Shown here: in pieces, positions 24,945 to 39,556 of the stretch
How the letters are laid out: each line of letters opens with the position of its first letter
Position numbering within the stretch: the first letter of the stretch is position 1
From: Octopus vulgaris
Taxonomy: Eukaryota
NCBI GenBank assembly: GCA_951406725.2
Contig: OX597817.1
Location: 49,352,001-49,416,000, forward strand
Length of the DNA: 64,000 nt
Direction: 5' to 3'
Program-made: the position numbers and the translations under genes
Notes under the pieces: model-generated
Told to the model about the DNA's origin: nothing
Seen by the model: only the letters and a program-made list of their open reading frames with translations
The model's database searches: none

Positions 24945-25340
24945 TCATTTTACGTTTCCATCATTTGACTGCGACCATGCTGGAGCACCGCCTTGAAGGG
25001 TTTTATTCGAAGAAATCTACCCCAGGACTTTTTTCTTTGTAAGACTAGCACTTATTCTATCGGTCACTTGTGCCGAACCGCTAAGTTACGGGGACGTAAA
25101 CACACCAAAATCGGTTGTCAAGAGATGGTGGGGGGACAAATACAGACATACACAATATATATATATATATATATATATATACGACTGGCTTCTTCCAGTT
25201 TCCGTCTACCAAATCCACTCAGAAGGCTTTGGTCGGCTCGGGGCTATAGTAAAAGACACTTGCCCAAGGTACCATGCAGTGGTATTGAACCTGGAACTAT
25301 GTAGTTGGGAAGCAAGCTTCTTACCACAGCCATGCCTGCA
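24945..25340 (-). mobile_element. SINE family A
   Basis: Reverse-complement family A. Confidence 0.85.
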
Positions 25341-25587
25341 CATTATATATAACATACATTATATATATAATATATATATAAGCATATATTATATATCATA
25401 TATATATATATATATACAAATTGAGATAGGGGTTGTAAATGCAACCCTCTATGAGATAACGTATATCCAATATACTGCTAGTGAAGTACCCAACAAAGTT
25501 AATACATAAATGTTAATGATTGCGATGCAATCAATTCATTTACTGTATTATATGGGCAAAGGTAAAATGATTTACCACAAATTTCTA

Positions 25588-26151
25588 ATACAAGATAAGA
25601 AAATGGAGAAATACATCTAAATCAAATATCAATTACCAGATAATACCCAATCACGTACTTTATTAAACCACCACATAAGAGACTGTAGGGTTAAATATAA
25701 AAAAAAACAGAACAAATCAATGTACCTAAGGGAATGTACATAAAAAAGTGTACATAAAAGAGTAATGTTGTATAATAAGTAGAATATATATAAAAGAGAA
25801 TATAAATACAAGTAAAAATTAGATCTTACAGCTGTTTCGGCCAAAGGGCTAATATTGGTAAAATGAGACATAATTATCGACATGGCCGAAACAGCTGTAA
25901 GATCTAATTTATACTTATATTTATATTTACTTGTATTTATATTCTCTTTTATATATATTCTACTTATTATACATCATTACTCTTTTATGTACACTTTTTT
26001 ATGTACATTCCTTTATGTACACTGATTTGTTCTGTTTTTTATATTTAACCCTACAGTCTCTTATGTGGTGGTTTAATAAAGTATGTGATTGAGTATTATC
26101 TGGTAATTGATATTTGATTTAGATGCATTTCTCCATTTTCTTATCTTGTAT
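25588..26151. mobile_element. Penelope-like fold-back (arms 25588-25843 / 25883-26151)
   Basis: ~255-bp inverted arms; each starts with a hammerhead 3' half ggcc-GAAA-cagctg-TA. Confidence 0.75.
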
Positions 26152-26996
26152 ATATATATATATAAGCATATATTATATATTATATACATATATTTATATA
26201 TGCGTATGTATGTGCTTGTGAGGAAGTGTGTGTATGTGTGTGTGAATTACTATTTTACATGCAGGCATAAAACACACACGCGTATGTTTATGCATGTATG
26301 TGTGTGTACGTGTGTATATGTGAGCGTGTGAATTACTGTTTTACATGCAGGCATACAACACACACATGTATGTGTATGCCCATCTGTGTATGTGTATGTA
26401 TGCGCTAGTGTTTGTGTGTGTGTGTATGCATGTGTGTATGTGTGTGTGTAGTGTACGTGAAATCAAGGGATAGTTTTCGAAAGGGAGAAATACAAAGAAA
26501 ACAAAACTACAAATTATAAAAATAAAATAAGAAGAATTACAACAAAACACGAAAGACATTTTGGAGTTAAATACAATGTTTACGATGACAAACTGTAAGG
26601 CCTTTAATCGAAAAGCAGCAGGTTTTTATAGAATCCCATTACAGCCGACAGATGTAGGAGATTCGATATGTCCTATGTAAACAGTGTCCCACATTAAGCT
26701 AATACATCCCCCCAGCCGTTGTGTTTCTGCGCTTTCTTTCTTTTCTTTCATTTTTTTTCTATTTCTATTTTTTGATCTTGCTTGAAGGTAAAAAGAAGGT
26801 ATTTCCAATCCAGAGGCTACACAGATTTCCCTTATGTGTCTGTTTTATTGTGACGTCATCAGAAAACATAAATGGTGGCTTTGAAGAAGTGACGGTCTCG
26901 CTTTATTAATTGAAGTGCTAGCAGGAGTAGTAATTCGTGTGGTGTTAGTCATTGAAGTAACACGATGAAGGAAGTTGTGGTAAGGATCCTATATAC

Positions 26997-27254
26997 CAGT
27001 AGTTCTCAAAGTGGGTGGTACCGCCCCTCTGGAGGTGGCGGAAAAATTCAGGGGGACGTTGAAGAAAAATGGGGCGATAATGGGGTGACCAAAAAAAGGG
27101 TTAATTAGCTTAAGTTTTATTTGTGAAATACTGTTGCTTCGAATTTGCTGCAGAAAATGGTTTATGTCTGTGATGGTGAATGGTGGGAGTGAGCAGTAGA
27201 AATGTGACCTTGGAACCAAGGGGGCGGCAGCCTGAAAAAGTTTGGGAACCGCTG
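26997..27254. mobile_element. hAT-type MITE
   Basis: TIRs CAGTAGTTCTCAAA / TTTGGGAACCGCTG; 8-bp TSD CTATATAC / CTTTATAC. Confidence 0.85.
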
Positions 27255-28037
27255 CTTTATACCTTCACTTTGGATGATTTTCATCAATCCCTCACGAAGG
27301 GGCTGGAGCGTTACAACAAACGCATTGAAGTCAGAAGATCTTAGTTTGAAAGAGACTAGAGTTTCGTAGTACTTTGAAATTAATAAATGCCTCTCTCATT
27401 AAAAAAACTTCTGGAATGCACATTGTATATATATGAAATATTAAATGTTAACCTACCAGAGAAAGCATACTCTCACGTTTTTTTTTCTTTTCCAGTTCTG
27501 TCAAAATCTAACACCACCACCACCACTATTACTACTATTAATGACAAAGCATTAGCCCTTTCGCTCCGACTTTCGTACAATCAGTTTTATTATCGCTTTT
27601 TGTTCTTCACATTTTCTGCTTCTTTAGACCTTTATCTACCATAATTAAAATCTAAACGGTTTTTTTTTTTACCGCTACATATACCTTTTGGATGTTGGGA
27701 CAAAAATGTCCCAATAGTGTTAAATACTTGGGACTATTCTATCCCAACAGTATTTCACATACACGTTGAGCAAGTTCGGACAATTACGGACATAAAATGA
27801 AATAAATTTTACAGTTTATTTTAAACGCAAATTGAAGCTATAATTGTTTTCTTCTATAATATTTATTATAAATTACAATAATTTTTTCGGATGATACTTA
27901 TATATAATGACCCCTTCCAAATGATACTTATGAAATGATAAATAAATTCCTTCCTCATATAATTATGTAACTATATAGGTTTTTTCCTCATATCATACTA
28001 ACTAATAAATATATTCCTTTTCTCAAATAATATTTAT

Positions 28038-28190
28038 GGGCTGTGTGGTAAGTAGCTTGTTTACGAACCACATGGTTCCGGTTTCAGTCTCACTGCGTGG
28101 CACCTTGGACAAGCGTCTGCTACTATAGCCTCGGGCTGACCAAAGCCTTATGAGTGGATTTGGTAGACGGAAACTGAAAGAAGCCCGTAG
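28038..28190 (+). mobile_element. SINE A 5' half
   Basis: Head through GAAGCCCG then (TA)n. Confidence 0.85.
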
Positions 28191-28218
28191 TATATATATA
28201 TATATATATATATACTTT

Positions 28219-28465
28219 GCGCCCTTTTAAATCCTAGCCAGTATCATGGGCCCGGTTTCCCAGTTTCAATGGCGTATGTGTTCCCCAGCTGGACGGGACA
28301 CCAGTCCATAGCAGCGTTACTTATTTTTGCCAGCTGAGTGGACTGGAGCAACGTGAAATGAAGTGTTTTGCTTAGGAACACAACGCGTCGCTCGGTCCAG
28401 GAATCGAAACCACAATCTTACAATCATGGTGCTGATACCCTAACCACTAAGCCACGCGACTCCAC
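28219..28465 (-). mobile_element. SINE family C1 (tRNA head, CORE-like body, V-like tail)
   Basis: Minus: GTGGCTTAGTGGTTAG..GGTTTCGATTCC..GCAAAACACTTCATTTCAC..CCACTCAGCTGGC..TGGACTGG.GTCCCGTCCAG. Confidence 0.8.
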
Positions 28466-29244
28466 AAATATGTGTGTGTGTGTTATTTCGGGCCTTGTGC
28501 CTAGAGTAGAAAAGAAAAAAAAAGGGACAGAGTAATTTAAACGGCGTAAAAAGGAACCCCGTATTATTTGTTCCGATTCTTTACTTTCTGAATTCAAATC
28601 TGGCCGAAGTTAGACTTGCTGGATGATTCCCTTAGATTCCCTGGATGAAAAAAACGATGGGATCAGCTCACGTCTCTCCCCACAAAACTGGTCGTCTTGC
28701 GTATAAATTATTCTTTTCTACTCTAGGCAGTAGAAGACACTTGCCCAAATTGCCACGCAGTGGAAACGAACCCGGAACCATCTGGCTGGTAAGCAAGCTA
28801 CTTACCACACAGCCACTCAATGAAAAACAATATAATTCTGAGTACTGAAATGTACGGATGTATATTATGTGCATAATCTGGAGTAGTTAATAGCTGACAG
28901 TATATACCATGCCACAGCAATTTATTCTAGAATTCCAACATTTCCATACAAACTCTTGTTTATTTATTTCGAACGAGTTTAATAGTGCCATCTGGCACCG
29001 CGTCCAAGTAGAAACCTTTTCAAATTATTACTGATGACATAGCAGTTTAATTTTACTGTTGTAGATTATATCAATGTTGTTGATGCTGTGGTTGTTGTTG
29101 TTGTTGTTATTGTCGACGTCGTAGTCGTTGTCGCCATCTTCTTTTGTCGTCACTGTTGATATTTCTGTTGCTTTTATGGTCGCTTATAAATTTCAGTAAT
29201 GTGACTGTTTATGTGTGTTTCATGTCTTAGCTAATATAGGAAAA

Positions 29245-29246
29245 TG

Positions 29247-29287
<41 letters not shown>

Positions 29288-29397
29288 GCATGAGTGTATA
29301 CATGGATGTATACATACATTCCATTAAATCTATAACGCATAAAAACAAACTTACGTACATACATACATACATACATACATACATACATACATACACG

Positions 29398-29429
<32 letters not shown>

Positions 29430-29965
29430 TTTACATATGCATATATATACATATACATACATACACAGATAAACACAAATTTATACATACATGTACATAG
29501 ATAAACATATACATACATACATATATATATACCTATATACACACGCACATACACGTATATATACACACACCCATTTACATTTACATATACACACATACAC
29601 ATATAAACACAAATTTATACATACATACATGTATATATATAAACATATACATACATATAGATATATATATATATACATATATACACACACATACACACAT
29701 ATATATATACACACACGTATTTACATATACATATACACACATGCACATATACATACATATACATGCATACACATATAACCACATATTCAAACATATACGT
29801 ACATACATATATACACACACACATATATATATACACACACACATTTACATATACATATACACGCATACACATATACATATAATCACTTTTATACATACAT
29901 ACATACATATACACACCCATCCACCTCACAGACACACACGCACACACTTACACACACATATATAT
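29245..29965. repeat. Degenerate (TA)/(CA)/(TACA) low-complexity tract
   Basis: Directly visible. Confidence 0.9.
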
Positions 29966-30946
29966 GAACGTCTGCACGTACTTATATAAGCATTTGTAAT
30001 CGGGTATACGCGCGTGTCTCTGGGTTTAGGCACTCATCGGTCTTCGCTGCAAACTTAATAACTTTTTTCCATTTATCTATTTCTTCCTTTATGGCCTTTT
30101 CGTTTACTTACTGTACATCCCTCTGATGTTTACTGTCCAAACGAATTTTATGGTCCCAAATATATATATATATATATATGCGCTTAAAAATTTACATATG
30201 TACATTGGACGTATTTACGTATATTACATTCTGCCGATAAATATTTCCGTTGACTTCTTGCTTTTAAACGAATTATTTTATTTCATGGCTGGAGTTATGC
30301 TTGGGACTACTGTTATTTTATTATTTTATTGTTGCTAACCAAAAAATTGTTCATATATTAAATGTTTTTACAACCTTAAAGCCTGTACCATTTCTTTTCG
30401 TAAAGCAGGTCTCATATTACATCACCACAATCCACAATTTCCTTATTGATATATACATCATTACGCCTGTTTGGGCTAAGCTTGTGAAATCAGACTTCTC
30501 CATAATGCCTAGTGAAATAACACACTCTTTAGATTAATCTAGATAGCGTTTGGTAAACCACTCACTGGCTGGCGTTGCAAATTTAAGGAAGGGCTGTCTT
30601 TGGTATGTTGCTGGTGTTTTCCGGTTTTTGCTATTCTAAGAAATGGTAATGCTGTTAATAAACGGATTGAATGGGTTTTATATGGTGTTGTTATTGTTGC
30701 TAATGGAACAAGTAAATGCGACCGGTATAATATTGCTAATGTTACAATGAAGAATAGATAGGCTGAGGTTGTTATGCTATTACTTACGGATATATATATA
30801 TATATGAGACAGGGTGTGGTGATATAGCAGTGATTTAATAACATTTGTTGTTAATAAATAATACTGAGTTGTGCAAAGAATGGGATCTTTCACAAAATAC
30901 GTCGTCACATAGATTTAGAAATATATATAAGAAACAGGAAACGGTC

Positions 30947-30999
<53 letters not shown>

Positions 31000-31006
<7 letters not shown>

Positions 31007-31180
31007 TAAGTAGCTTGCTTACCAACCACATGGTTTCGGGTTCAGTCCCACTTCGTGGCACCTTGGTCAAGTGTTTTCTACTATAGCTTCGGGCCGACCA
31101 AAGTCTTGCGAGTGGATTTGGTAGACGGAAAGTGAAAGAAGCCTGTCGTAATATATGCATATGTTTTATTTATTAATTTG

Positions 31181-31230
<50 letters not shown>

Positions 31231-31449
31231 TATGCATATGATTGTGTGTCTGTGTTTATCCGCCCAACATCGCTTGACAACCGATGCTGGTATGTTTACG
31301 TCCCGTAACTTAGTGGTTCGGTAATAGACACCGATAGAATAAGTACTAGGCTTACAAAAAATAAGTCCTGGGGTCGATTTGCTCGACCAAAGGCGGTGCT
31401 CCAGCATGGCCGCAGTCAAAATGACTGAAACAAATAAAAGAACAAAAGA
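31000..31449 (+). mobile_element. SINE family A
   Basis: Family A head to tail. Confidence 0.88.
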
Positions 31450-31992
31450 ATATGTGTGTGTGTGTGTGTAAAACTATTTAAATCTGTGTGCGCGTCTTCG
31501 TAAGTGTATGTCTAAATGTGTGTGCTTGTATTAGTGTATGTATAAGTACGCATATATGTGGGTGCCTGTGCGGTGTGCGCTGTAATGTGTACGCACCTGT
31601 CTCACATATTAAACCACGCCATAACAGACAGCATTAGCCAGCAGAGACACTGTCCCAATGTTAATTATAACACATCAAAAGAACGATGAAAGTAAGTGAA
31701 CGAGGGCAGAAAGCAAATACCAATAAACAATATATATTTAAGTGGACTTCAACAGGAAATAATTGGGCAAGAAGAATTCAGGAAATCGGTTGGTGCCATC
31801 CTTCCCGCCATCTCCCTTTGTTTGGCTGTCTATCTATCTATCTATCTAGCTAGCTAGCTAGCTAGCTAACTAGCTCTCTATCTGTCTGTCTGTCTATCTA
31901 TCCTTCTGTCTATCTATCTGTCTGTCTATCTATCTATGAATCTATCTATGTATCTGTGTGTCTATGTATCTGTCTGTCTATCTATCTGTCTG

Positions 31993-32038
<46 letters not shown>

Positions 32039-32131
32039 CATTTGTCTTCCCCTCTGTGTTCAGCCCTGTGTGGCTAATAAAGAAACAAATATATTTGTCT
32101 GTCAATGTCTACCTAGTTAGCTAGCCATCTA

Positions 32132-32203
<72 letters not shown>

Positions 32204-32693
32204 CATATATATATATATGTCAATATTTCATTCTCTCTATCTTTCTCCGTATGTGTGAGTGCATGTGTTTGTGTATATATAATGTATATATGTGTGTGTG
32301 TGTGTGTGTGTGCTTGTGTATCAACTTGACGCAGTTGGGAAACCAGTGAACCAGAGAGTCAATCTTGTCAATGCTTAAGCAGTTTGGATTCTTCGAAACT
32401 ATTTAGACACTGAGGGAAAAGGGAAGTGGGAGAAAGAGAGGGGGGAGAGAGATGTGCGTGTGAGGCAGTGGAATAAAAAAGAAAAATATAAAATTGCTAG
32501 GAAGGATAATGAAAGGAAAACAGTTACAAAGATGAGAAAATAAAAGAATTGGTGAGTTAAAAAAAAAAGAAAGAAACATTTTTAAATAAGTGAAACAATA
32601 ATAATACAAAAAGCAGACGAATGGAAAGAAAGAAAGAAAGAAAGAAGAGAAAAAAGAAAGAGAGAAAGAAAAAAGAAAGAAAGAAAGAAAGAC

Positions 32694-32755
<62 letters not shown>

Positions 32756-33040
32756 CGATACAGACAAAGAATAAACGAAAGACGCAACCATGAGTTTGTC
32801 TAAACAATGAAACATGTTGAATATCATAGTGACCGTCTCTGTTGGATATTCACACCGTTTGCCACGAAACATTTTTATTCTAATTGCAAGAGAATAATTT
32901 AACGAACGGTACGAATGTCTTTCACGATGAAATTTTTTCACATTTCGCTTTCGCTTTACATTATCAGGAAGTAAACATCAAAGAGCTTTGCTATGATTTG
33001 GTCAGTTGTTTGGACAGTAATTACGTTATTAAGTTAGATG

Positions 33041-33072
<32 letters not shown>

Positions 33073-33264
33073 ATGTACTTATCCCCTACCCACCGCTTGA
33101 CAACCGATGTTGGTTTATTTACTCTTCAGTAACTTAGCTGTTCGGCAAAGAAAGTCTGGCAGAATAAGTACTAAACTTATAATTAAAAAAAGAAAAAAAG
33201 ACCTAATGGGGTCACTTTGTTTGACTAAACCCTTCAAGTTGGTGACAAATTAACCTTTCCTCAT

Positions 33265-33718
33265 CATTTAAAACATATATCTGATGTTTTCTGGACAACA
33301 TTTCTGACTGTTCTTTCTAATACATGGAGATATTTTGAATTTGATCTCATGGACTTTCTGGGATTGTAATCAATGGTCTGTTGAACTTGTTGGATAAATT
33401 CAGGGTTTCTGATGGTTTCAGAACGTTTAGAAGGCTTTGTACTTTGTATGCTTTGATATTGGTGATATGTTTCCATCTTCAGTCTCTAACTCCTTACAAA
33501 CTTTATAGACGAAAGATCTGGCAACTTTTAAAAATCGAGATATTTCTAAATCGCTATGCTCAACCTTTATAGCCACAGTAACGGCATGCCTCTTCACCTC
33601 TTAAGTAAGCTGAGGGTCTGCCATTATTATTTTCTGAAACAAAGATTACACAGAGTTAGCAAAAAATGCAGCAATGACCTAAAAAAGGTATGTCCTCAAA
33701 TACCTTACGCACCCTGTA
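33265..33718 (-). mobile_element. Tc1/mariner-superfamily relic (5' end and HTH remnant)
   Basis: TACAGGGTG terminus; KPSKRSETIRNPEFIQQVQQTIDYNPRKSMR..TVRNVV. Confidence 0.65.
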
Positions 33719-34039
33719 TATATTTGTGTGTGTGTCTGTGAATACGCCCCCCATCCCCCCATCCCCCCACCCACGACCACCATCGTTTGACAACCGGCAT
33801 TGGTGTATCTGCATTCCCGTAGCTTAGCAGTTCGGCAAAAGATACCGATAGAAAAAGTACTAGGTTTACAAAGAATAAGTCATGGGGGTTGATTTGTTCG
33901 AATAAAGGCGGTGCTCCAGCATGGCCACAGTCAAGTAAATGAATGAATATATATATTGTATTACTGCTGTGTTTTATTTTATATTTTTCTTTTTTAATTT
34001 CTAACATTTAAATATTTGTTTCTCATTTCTCGACTCCAG

Positions 34040-34806
34040 TGCTCATTGAGTACTTATTTTATCGACCGTGAAATGATGAACAGCAAACTCGACCTCATCG
34101 AGATTTTGAACTCAGAACGTAAAGACGGACGATATGCCGCTAAGCATTGTGTCCGGCATGTTAACGTGCCTACCAGCTCGCCGCCTTTCTTTACTCTTTT
34201 ACTTGTTTCAGTCATTTGACTGTGGCCATGCTGGAGCACCGCCTTTAGTCGAGCAAATCGACCCCAGGACTTATTCTTTGTAAGCCTACTTATTCTAGCG
34301 GAGACTTTTGCCGAACCGCTAAGTTACGAGGACGTAAACACACCACCATCGGTTGTCAAGCGATGTTGGGGGACAAACAGAGACACACAAACTTATACAC
34401 GCACATACATATACATAAATACGACGGGCTTCTTTCCGTTTCCGTCTACCAAATCCACTCACAAGGCTTTGGTTGGCCCGAAGCTATAGTAGAAGACACT
34501 TGCCCAAGGTGTCACGCAGTGGGACTGAACCGGGAACAATGTGATTAGTAAGCAATCTACTTACTACACAGCCACTCCTACGCCTACATTTAAATATTTG
34601 TTTCAAATTCTGACACAAGGCCAGCAATGTCGGGGAGAGTGGCTAAGTTGATTTCATCACCTCCACTGCCCAAATGGTATTTGTTTTATCGACTCCGAAA
34701 GGATAAAAGGCAAAGCCGACGGCATTTGAGCCCAGTACGTAAAGACGGACGAAATGCCGCTAAGCATTTTGTCCGGCGTGCAAATGATTCTGACAGCTTA
34801 CCGCCT
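34040..34806 (-). mobile_element. SINE cluster: B (34040-34186), A (34190-34585), B (34600-34806)
   Basis: Reverse-complement matches; ACATTTAAATATT repeated at about 34004, 34586 and 34813. Confidence 0.8.
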
Positions 34807-35370
34807 TTCTTTACATTTAAATATTGAAAATGGAATTAACAAGTTGAAATAATTGATTTTTAATTTGAATTCCTGTCCTTTTAAATTTACTACAGCCATA
34901 TTGTTTAAACTCATTTCTTGCAAAGGTTCAGCTTTGTTAATTTTGCTTATATAACTTCATATGCTGTGTACTATATAAGTTAATTAATCCTCTAATTATC
35001 AAGTTTATTAACTACGTCATGTTTTATAGAATTCGTTCTCCATCATCTAGTTGTTATTTTACTGTTCTAATCCGCTTCGGCTTAAGAAGTTGAAGTGTTC
35101 AAAGGCTTACAAATACATCGATTTTAGGTTAATTTCAAAGGATGTTTAATTACTTTCCCAAGTACTCACTGGTCTCTCTCATTCACTCTCTGTTTGTCTG
35201 TTTGTCTCTCACTCATCTAAATAGATCTGCTACTAAGTACTGTAGCATGGTATGGAACTGTATTAGTGAACAAATTCATTTCATGTCTTAAACAATCTAC
35301 GCCAACAAACATACAACACGAAACCAGCTACAAGAAATCAATTTCTATATATCAACGATAAAATGATAAA

Positions 35371-35675
35371 CGTCGCCCTTTTCAAGCCTAGCCAGGCTCA
35401 TGGGCTTGGTTTCCCGGTTTCTGTGGCGTATGTGTCCCCACCCCCGCTGGACGGGACGCCAGTCCATCGCAGCGTTACTCAAGAAACAGATAGAGAGAAT
35501 GAAAGTTGTGATAAAAGAGTACAACTGGGGTCGCCCCCCCCCCCCTGTCGGAGCCTCGTGGAGCTTTTTAGGTGTCTTCGCTCAATAAACACACACAACG
35601 CCCGGTCTGGGAATCGAAACCGCGATCCTCCGACCGCGAGTCCGCTGCCCTAACCACTGGACCATTGCGCCTCCA
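35371..35675 (-). mobile_element. SINE family C2 (tRNA head, non-CORE body, V-like tail)
   Basis: Minus: GGAGGCGCAATGG..AGTGGTTAGGGCAGCGGACTCGCGG..GGTTTCGATTCCC..CTGCGATGGACTGGCGTCCCGTCCAG. Confidence 0.85.
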
Positions 35676-35683
35676 AAAATGTT

Positions 35684-35921
35684 CCTTCTCGAGCCATGCC
35701 AGGCTCATAAAGGCCGGTTTCCCGGTTTCAGTGGCGTAGAAATTCCCCACCTGGACGGGACGCCAGTCCATCGCAGCGTTACTCATTTTTGCCAGCTGAG
35801 TGGACTAGAGCAATGTGAAAATGAAGTGTTTTGCTCAAGAACACAGCGCATCGCCCGGTCCAGGAATCGAAACTATAACCTTACGATCATGTGTTCAACA
35901 CCCTAACCCACGAGCCTCCAC
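35684..35921 (-). mobile_element. SINE family C1
   Basis: Homologous to 28219-28465. Confidence 0.8.
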
Positions 35922-36039
35922 ATCCCATATATCAAGCAATCACAAACTTTTGGCCACAAATTCTCCATCCTTTTTCCAATAAACTACAAATTATCATCGC
36001 CAACACTCACCATACAACAATGAAGCCAAAAACATCTAC

Positions 36040-36282
36040 AAATTTCAGAACGTAGCGGCAGACGAAATACCTATTTCTTTACTATCCACAAGGGGATAAA
36101 CACAGAGAGGACAAACAAGAATAGACAAACGGATAAAGTGCGTAACTGGTCCTTAATTTATCGCCCCCGAAAGGATGAAAGGCAAAGTCGACCTCGGCGG
36201 AATTTGAACTCAGAACGTAACTGCAGACCAAATACCGCTATGCATTTCGCCCGGCTTGCTAACGTTTTTGCCAGCTCGCCAC
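36040..36282 (-). mobile_element. SINE family B (plus a partial tandem copy)
   Basis: Reverse-complement family B. Confidence 0.8.
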
Positions 36283-36690
36283 CTTACTGGCTTAAAATAG
36301 TGTAACTAAATCTTGCAAACACTCAATGACGAAGCTATAAATCGTAAAACCATTCTATCGAAACTAATGCTGAAATTAAAGTAGAACTTTTGTTTTGCAG
36401 TTTTGATACTTTGTTCCCAGATTGTTGATTAGGGACCAAATTTGTTACTTGAATTTTATTTTTACTTGGATGAATTTTTCTCTTAATTTAAATGAATTTA
36501 TTTTGAGTTCACGTTTACTAAGTAGCTTATATAATTAGTCTGTTGTTTAATGAATGAAATAGGTTAATGGTTAAATATGCAAGCCGGTACATGTGATGTT
36601 TCGGCACGGGACTGAATCACTCAGCTAGTGCTGAAACATACGATATCATAAGTATAGTACTAATCATACTAACAAAGTTAGTCGACTCGA

Positions 36691-37095
36691 AGGCGGCGAG
36701 CTGGCAGAAACGTTAGCACGCCGGACGAAATGCTCAGCAGTATTTCGTCTGCCGCTACGTTCTGAGTTCGAATTCTGCCGAGGTCGACTTTGCCTTTCAG
36801 GGTCGATTAAATAAGTACCAGTTATGCACTGGTATCGATATAATCGACTTAATCCGCTTGTCTGTCCTTGTTTGTCCCCTCTGTGTTTAGCCCCTTGTGA
36901 GTAGTATAGAAATAAGTATTTCGTCTGTCGCTACGTTCTGAGTTCAAATTCCGCCGAGGTTGACTTTACCTTTCATCCTTTCGAGGTCGATAAATTAAGT
37001 ACCAGTTACGCACTGGGGTCGATATAATCGACTTAATCCGTTTGTCTGTCCTTGTTTGTCCCCTCTGTGTTTAGCCCCTTGTGGGTAGTAAAGAC
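36691..37095 (+). mobile_element. SINE B full copy plus a 5'-truncated tandem copy
   Basis: Two B bodies; flanks CATACTAACAAAGTT / CATGCTAACAAAGTT. Confidence 0.85.
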
Positions 37096-37224
37096 ATACA
37101 TGCTAACAAAGTTTGTACCTCATGGTGGACTCCACTTAAAATTGTGACAGTGTTGCGCGCATGATTATGAAAGGTTAATTATTGAACACGAAAGCAGATA
37201 CTGAGTTGTGTAAAGTTTGCTTAT

Positions 37225-37740
37225 AGAAGGAGTATTTCTTTATTCACCTTAAGGTTGAGAAAAAGCGGGAACGATACGAGGACAGACAAACAAACATTGG
37301 GGTCAGGGTATCGAATGAAACGAAACGTATGAATAAACAAACAATTAAAATATATACAATTAAATGAGAATGAGTGATTAACAAAAAATGAAGCGGAGGA
37401 CGCGGTCGACCCCACAAACCACATACTCACCCTGAAGACTTTGCTTTCTCCTTTTTCATATTCTGATTTAAACAGGTTCTTCCACTCGCAACATACTTGC
37501 TATATACTTCCATCTTTTACGAAACACACCTTGCGACAGGCATTTCTTCTCCAGCCTTATTTTCCGTTTCATGTGGAAAACGAAGAAGTCGATTAGCTCG
37601 AGACTGGAGATAAACATGCCTGTTGCAATTCCTTTCACTCTCGTCATCCATACTACTTCTTTCGCCACAGCAACTACCGAGAGAAAACAGGCTCGCTCCC
37701 CCCTATTCAGGGAGGTCGGCGGAACGATCTTAAGAATGAG
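37225..37740 (-). mobile_element. Tx1/L1-type LINE 3' fragment (ORF2 C-terminus and 3' UTR)
   Basis: CFLSVVAVAKEVVWMTR..FFVFHMKRKIRLEKK..FRKRW resembles the Tx1 ORF2 end (AK..IW..R..F..RW); T-rich UTR ending in AATAAA. Confidence 0.7.
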
Positions 37741-38173
37741 ATCTTTTTCGAAACATGTCGTCACATAGATTTGGTAATAAAGAAGAAATAGGAAACGGTC
37801 ATATATATGGCGCAGGAGTGGCCGTGTGACCCCTCCCCCGGTGAAAAAGGTTACGTGTACAAGGAGGAGAGAGTGTTGTCACCCAGCGATCGAGAAAAAG
37901 GAAAGACTAGATTAAACACTAAAAAGGACTCAGGACTAAGAGGTGGCGAGTGGTGTTACTTAGTGTGGGGTGAGTAATACACTTTTCATATTCTCATTTC
38001 TCAGTTATCATTCATGTATCATCATTTTAATATTTTGATTTTAATGTTTTCCATGTTCATTTTCATGTGTCATTCATAGCATCATATTTTAATTTTTATT
38101 GTTATATGTCCCCACATGTGTTTTAGTGTCCCCTACTCTGTAATTCCTTTATGGCAATTTAAAAGAAAGAATA

Positions 38174-38545
<372 letters not shown>

Positions 38546-38551
38546 AGATAT

Positions 38552-38741
38552 AAGATACAGAAATAATTTATTCTCAAATGCGGTTTAGTTTAAAGGTAGA
38601 GCACTCGGCACGTAATCACAGAGATGTGAGTTCGAGTCTCATGGCTGGCCGGTAACGATTCTTTCTGCAATATATGGTTAGTTTATCCTGTTCATGCTAT
38701 TGTATTATCATGCGTTTGAAAATAACTTATTTCTGTATCTT
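38552..38741. mobile_element. Inverted-repeat-bounded element carrying a tRNA-like sequence
   Basis: ~30-bp imperfect inverted ends AAGATACAGAAATAA.TTATT.TCAAA.GC; internal TAGTTTAAAGGTAGAGCA..GAGTTCGAGTCTC. Confidence 0.5.
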
Positions 38742-39519
38742 TCGATACATCTCAACGCTTCTAAAGCAAACTTTGTTTACTTTAATCGTAAGATGAATCG
38801 AAAGTAAAAGATAAAAGCTACGGCAACTAGTAAACTTCTGTAAACGCTCCTTTAGCTTTTCGCCAGAATTTCCTGATAACAACATACTTATACAAAGCTA
38901 CGTTTAGCCAAATAAGCTCACCAATTCAGTTTTTCTGATTATCTTTTGAATTTTAAAAATATGATATATTCTTATTTACTCGTCTGTCTTTACGTTCTGA
39001 GTGCAAATTCTGTCGAGGTCCACTTTGCTTTTCATCGATTCGGGGTCAATAAATTAAGTACCAGTTGCGTATGGGGGTCGATCTAATCGACTCTCCTCAC
39101 TCCCCCAAAATTTCGGGCTTTGTGCCAAGAGTAGAAAAGAATACATTCTTAATTACTTGGCTTGCTAACTGAGCTTTTTCTATGAGCTGGTCGGTTCACT
39201 GTTGTCAATCATGATCAATATCTTTTGTTTATGACGTCATTACTCTATGTATCATTTCTTGCTGGTTACATTGGCTGACTGTTTATTTGGTTGGCTGGCT
39301 GGCTAGCTGGTTGGCTGGCTGGCTAGCTGGTTGGCTGGCTGGCTAGCTAGCTGGTTGACTCGATTGTTGGTTGGTCGGTTGGTTAGCTCCATAATTACTT
39401 ACACGCTTACTATCTGGGCTATACATTTACTGAGTGAAGAGAAGTGACATTAACCTACACTTTAAAACACATATATCTAGAACAATGTCACTGACAGCAT
39501 AAACACACACACACACACA

Positions 39520-39556
<37 letters not shown>

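Noticed and set aside
35600-35675. tRNA genes at SINE heads
   Set aside because: The tRNA-like heads run directly into multicopy SINE bodies and lack a complete acceptor stem
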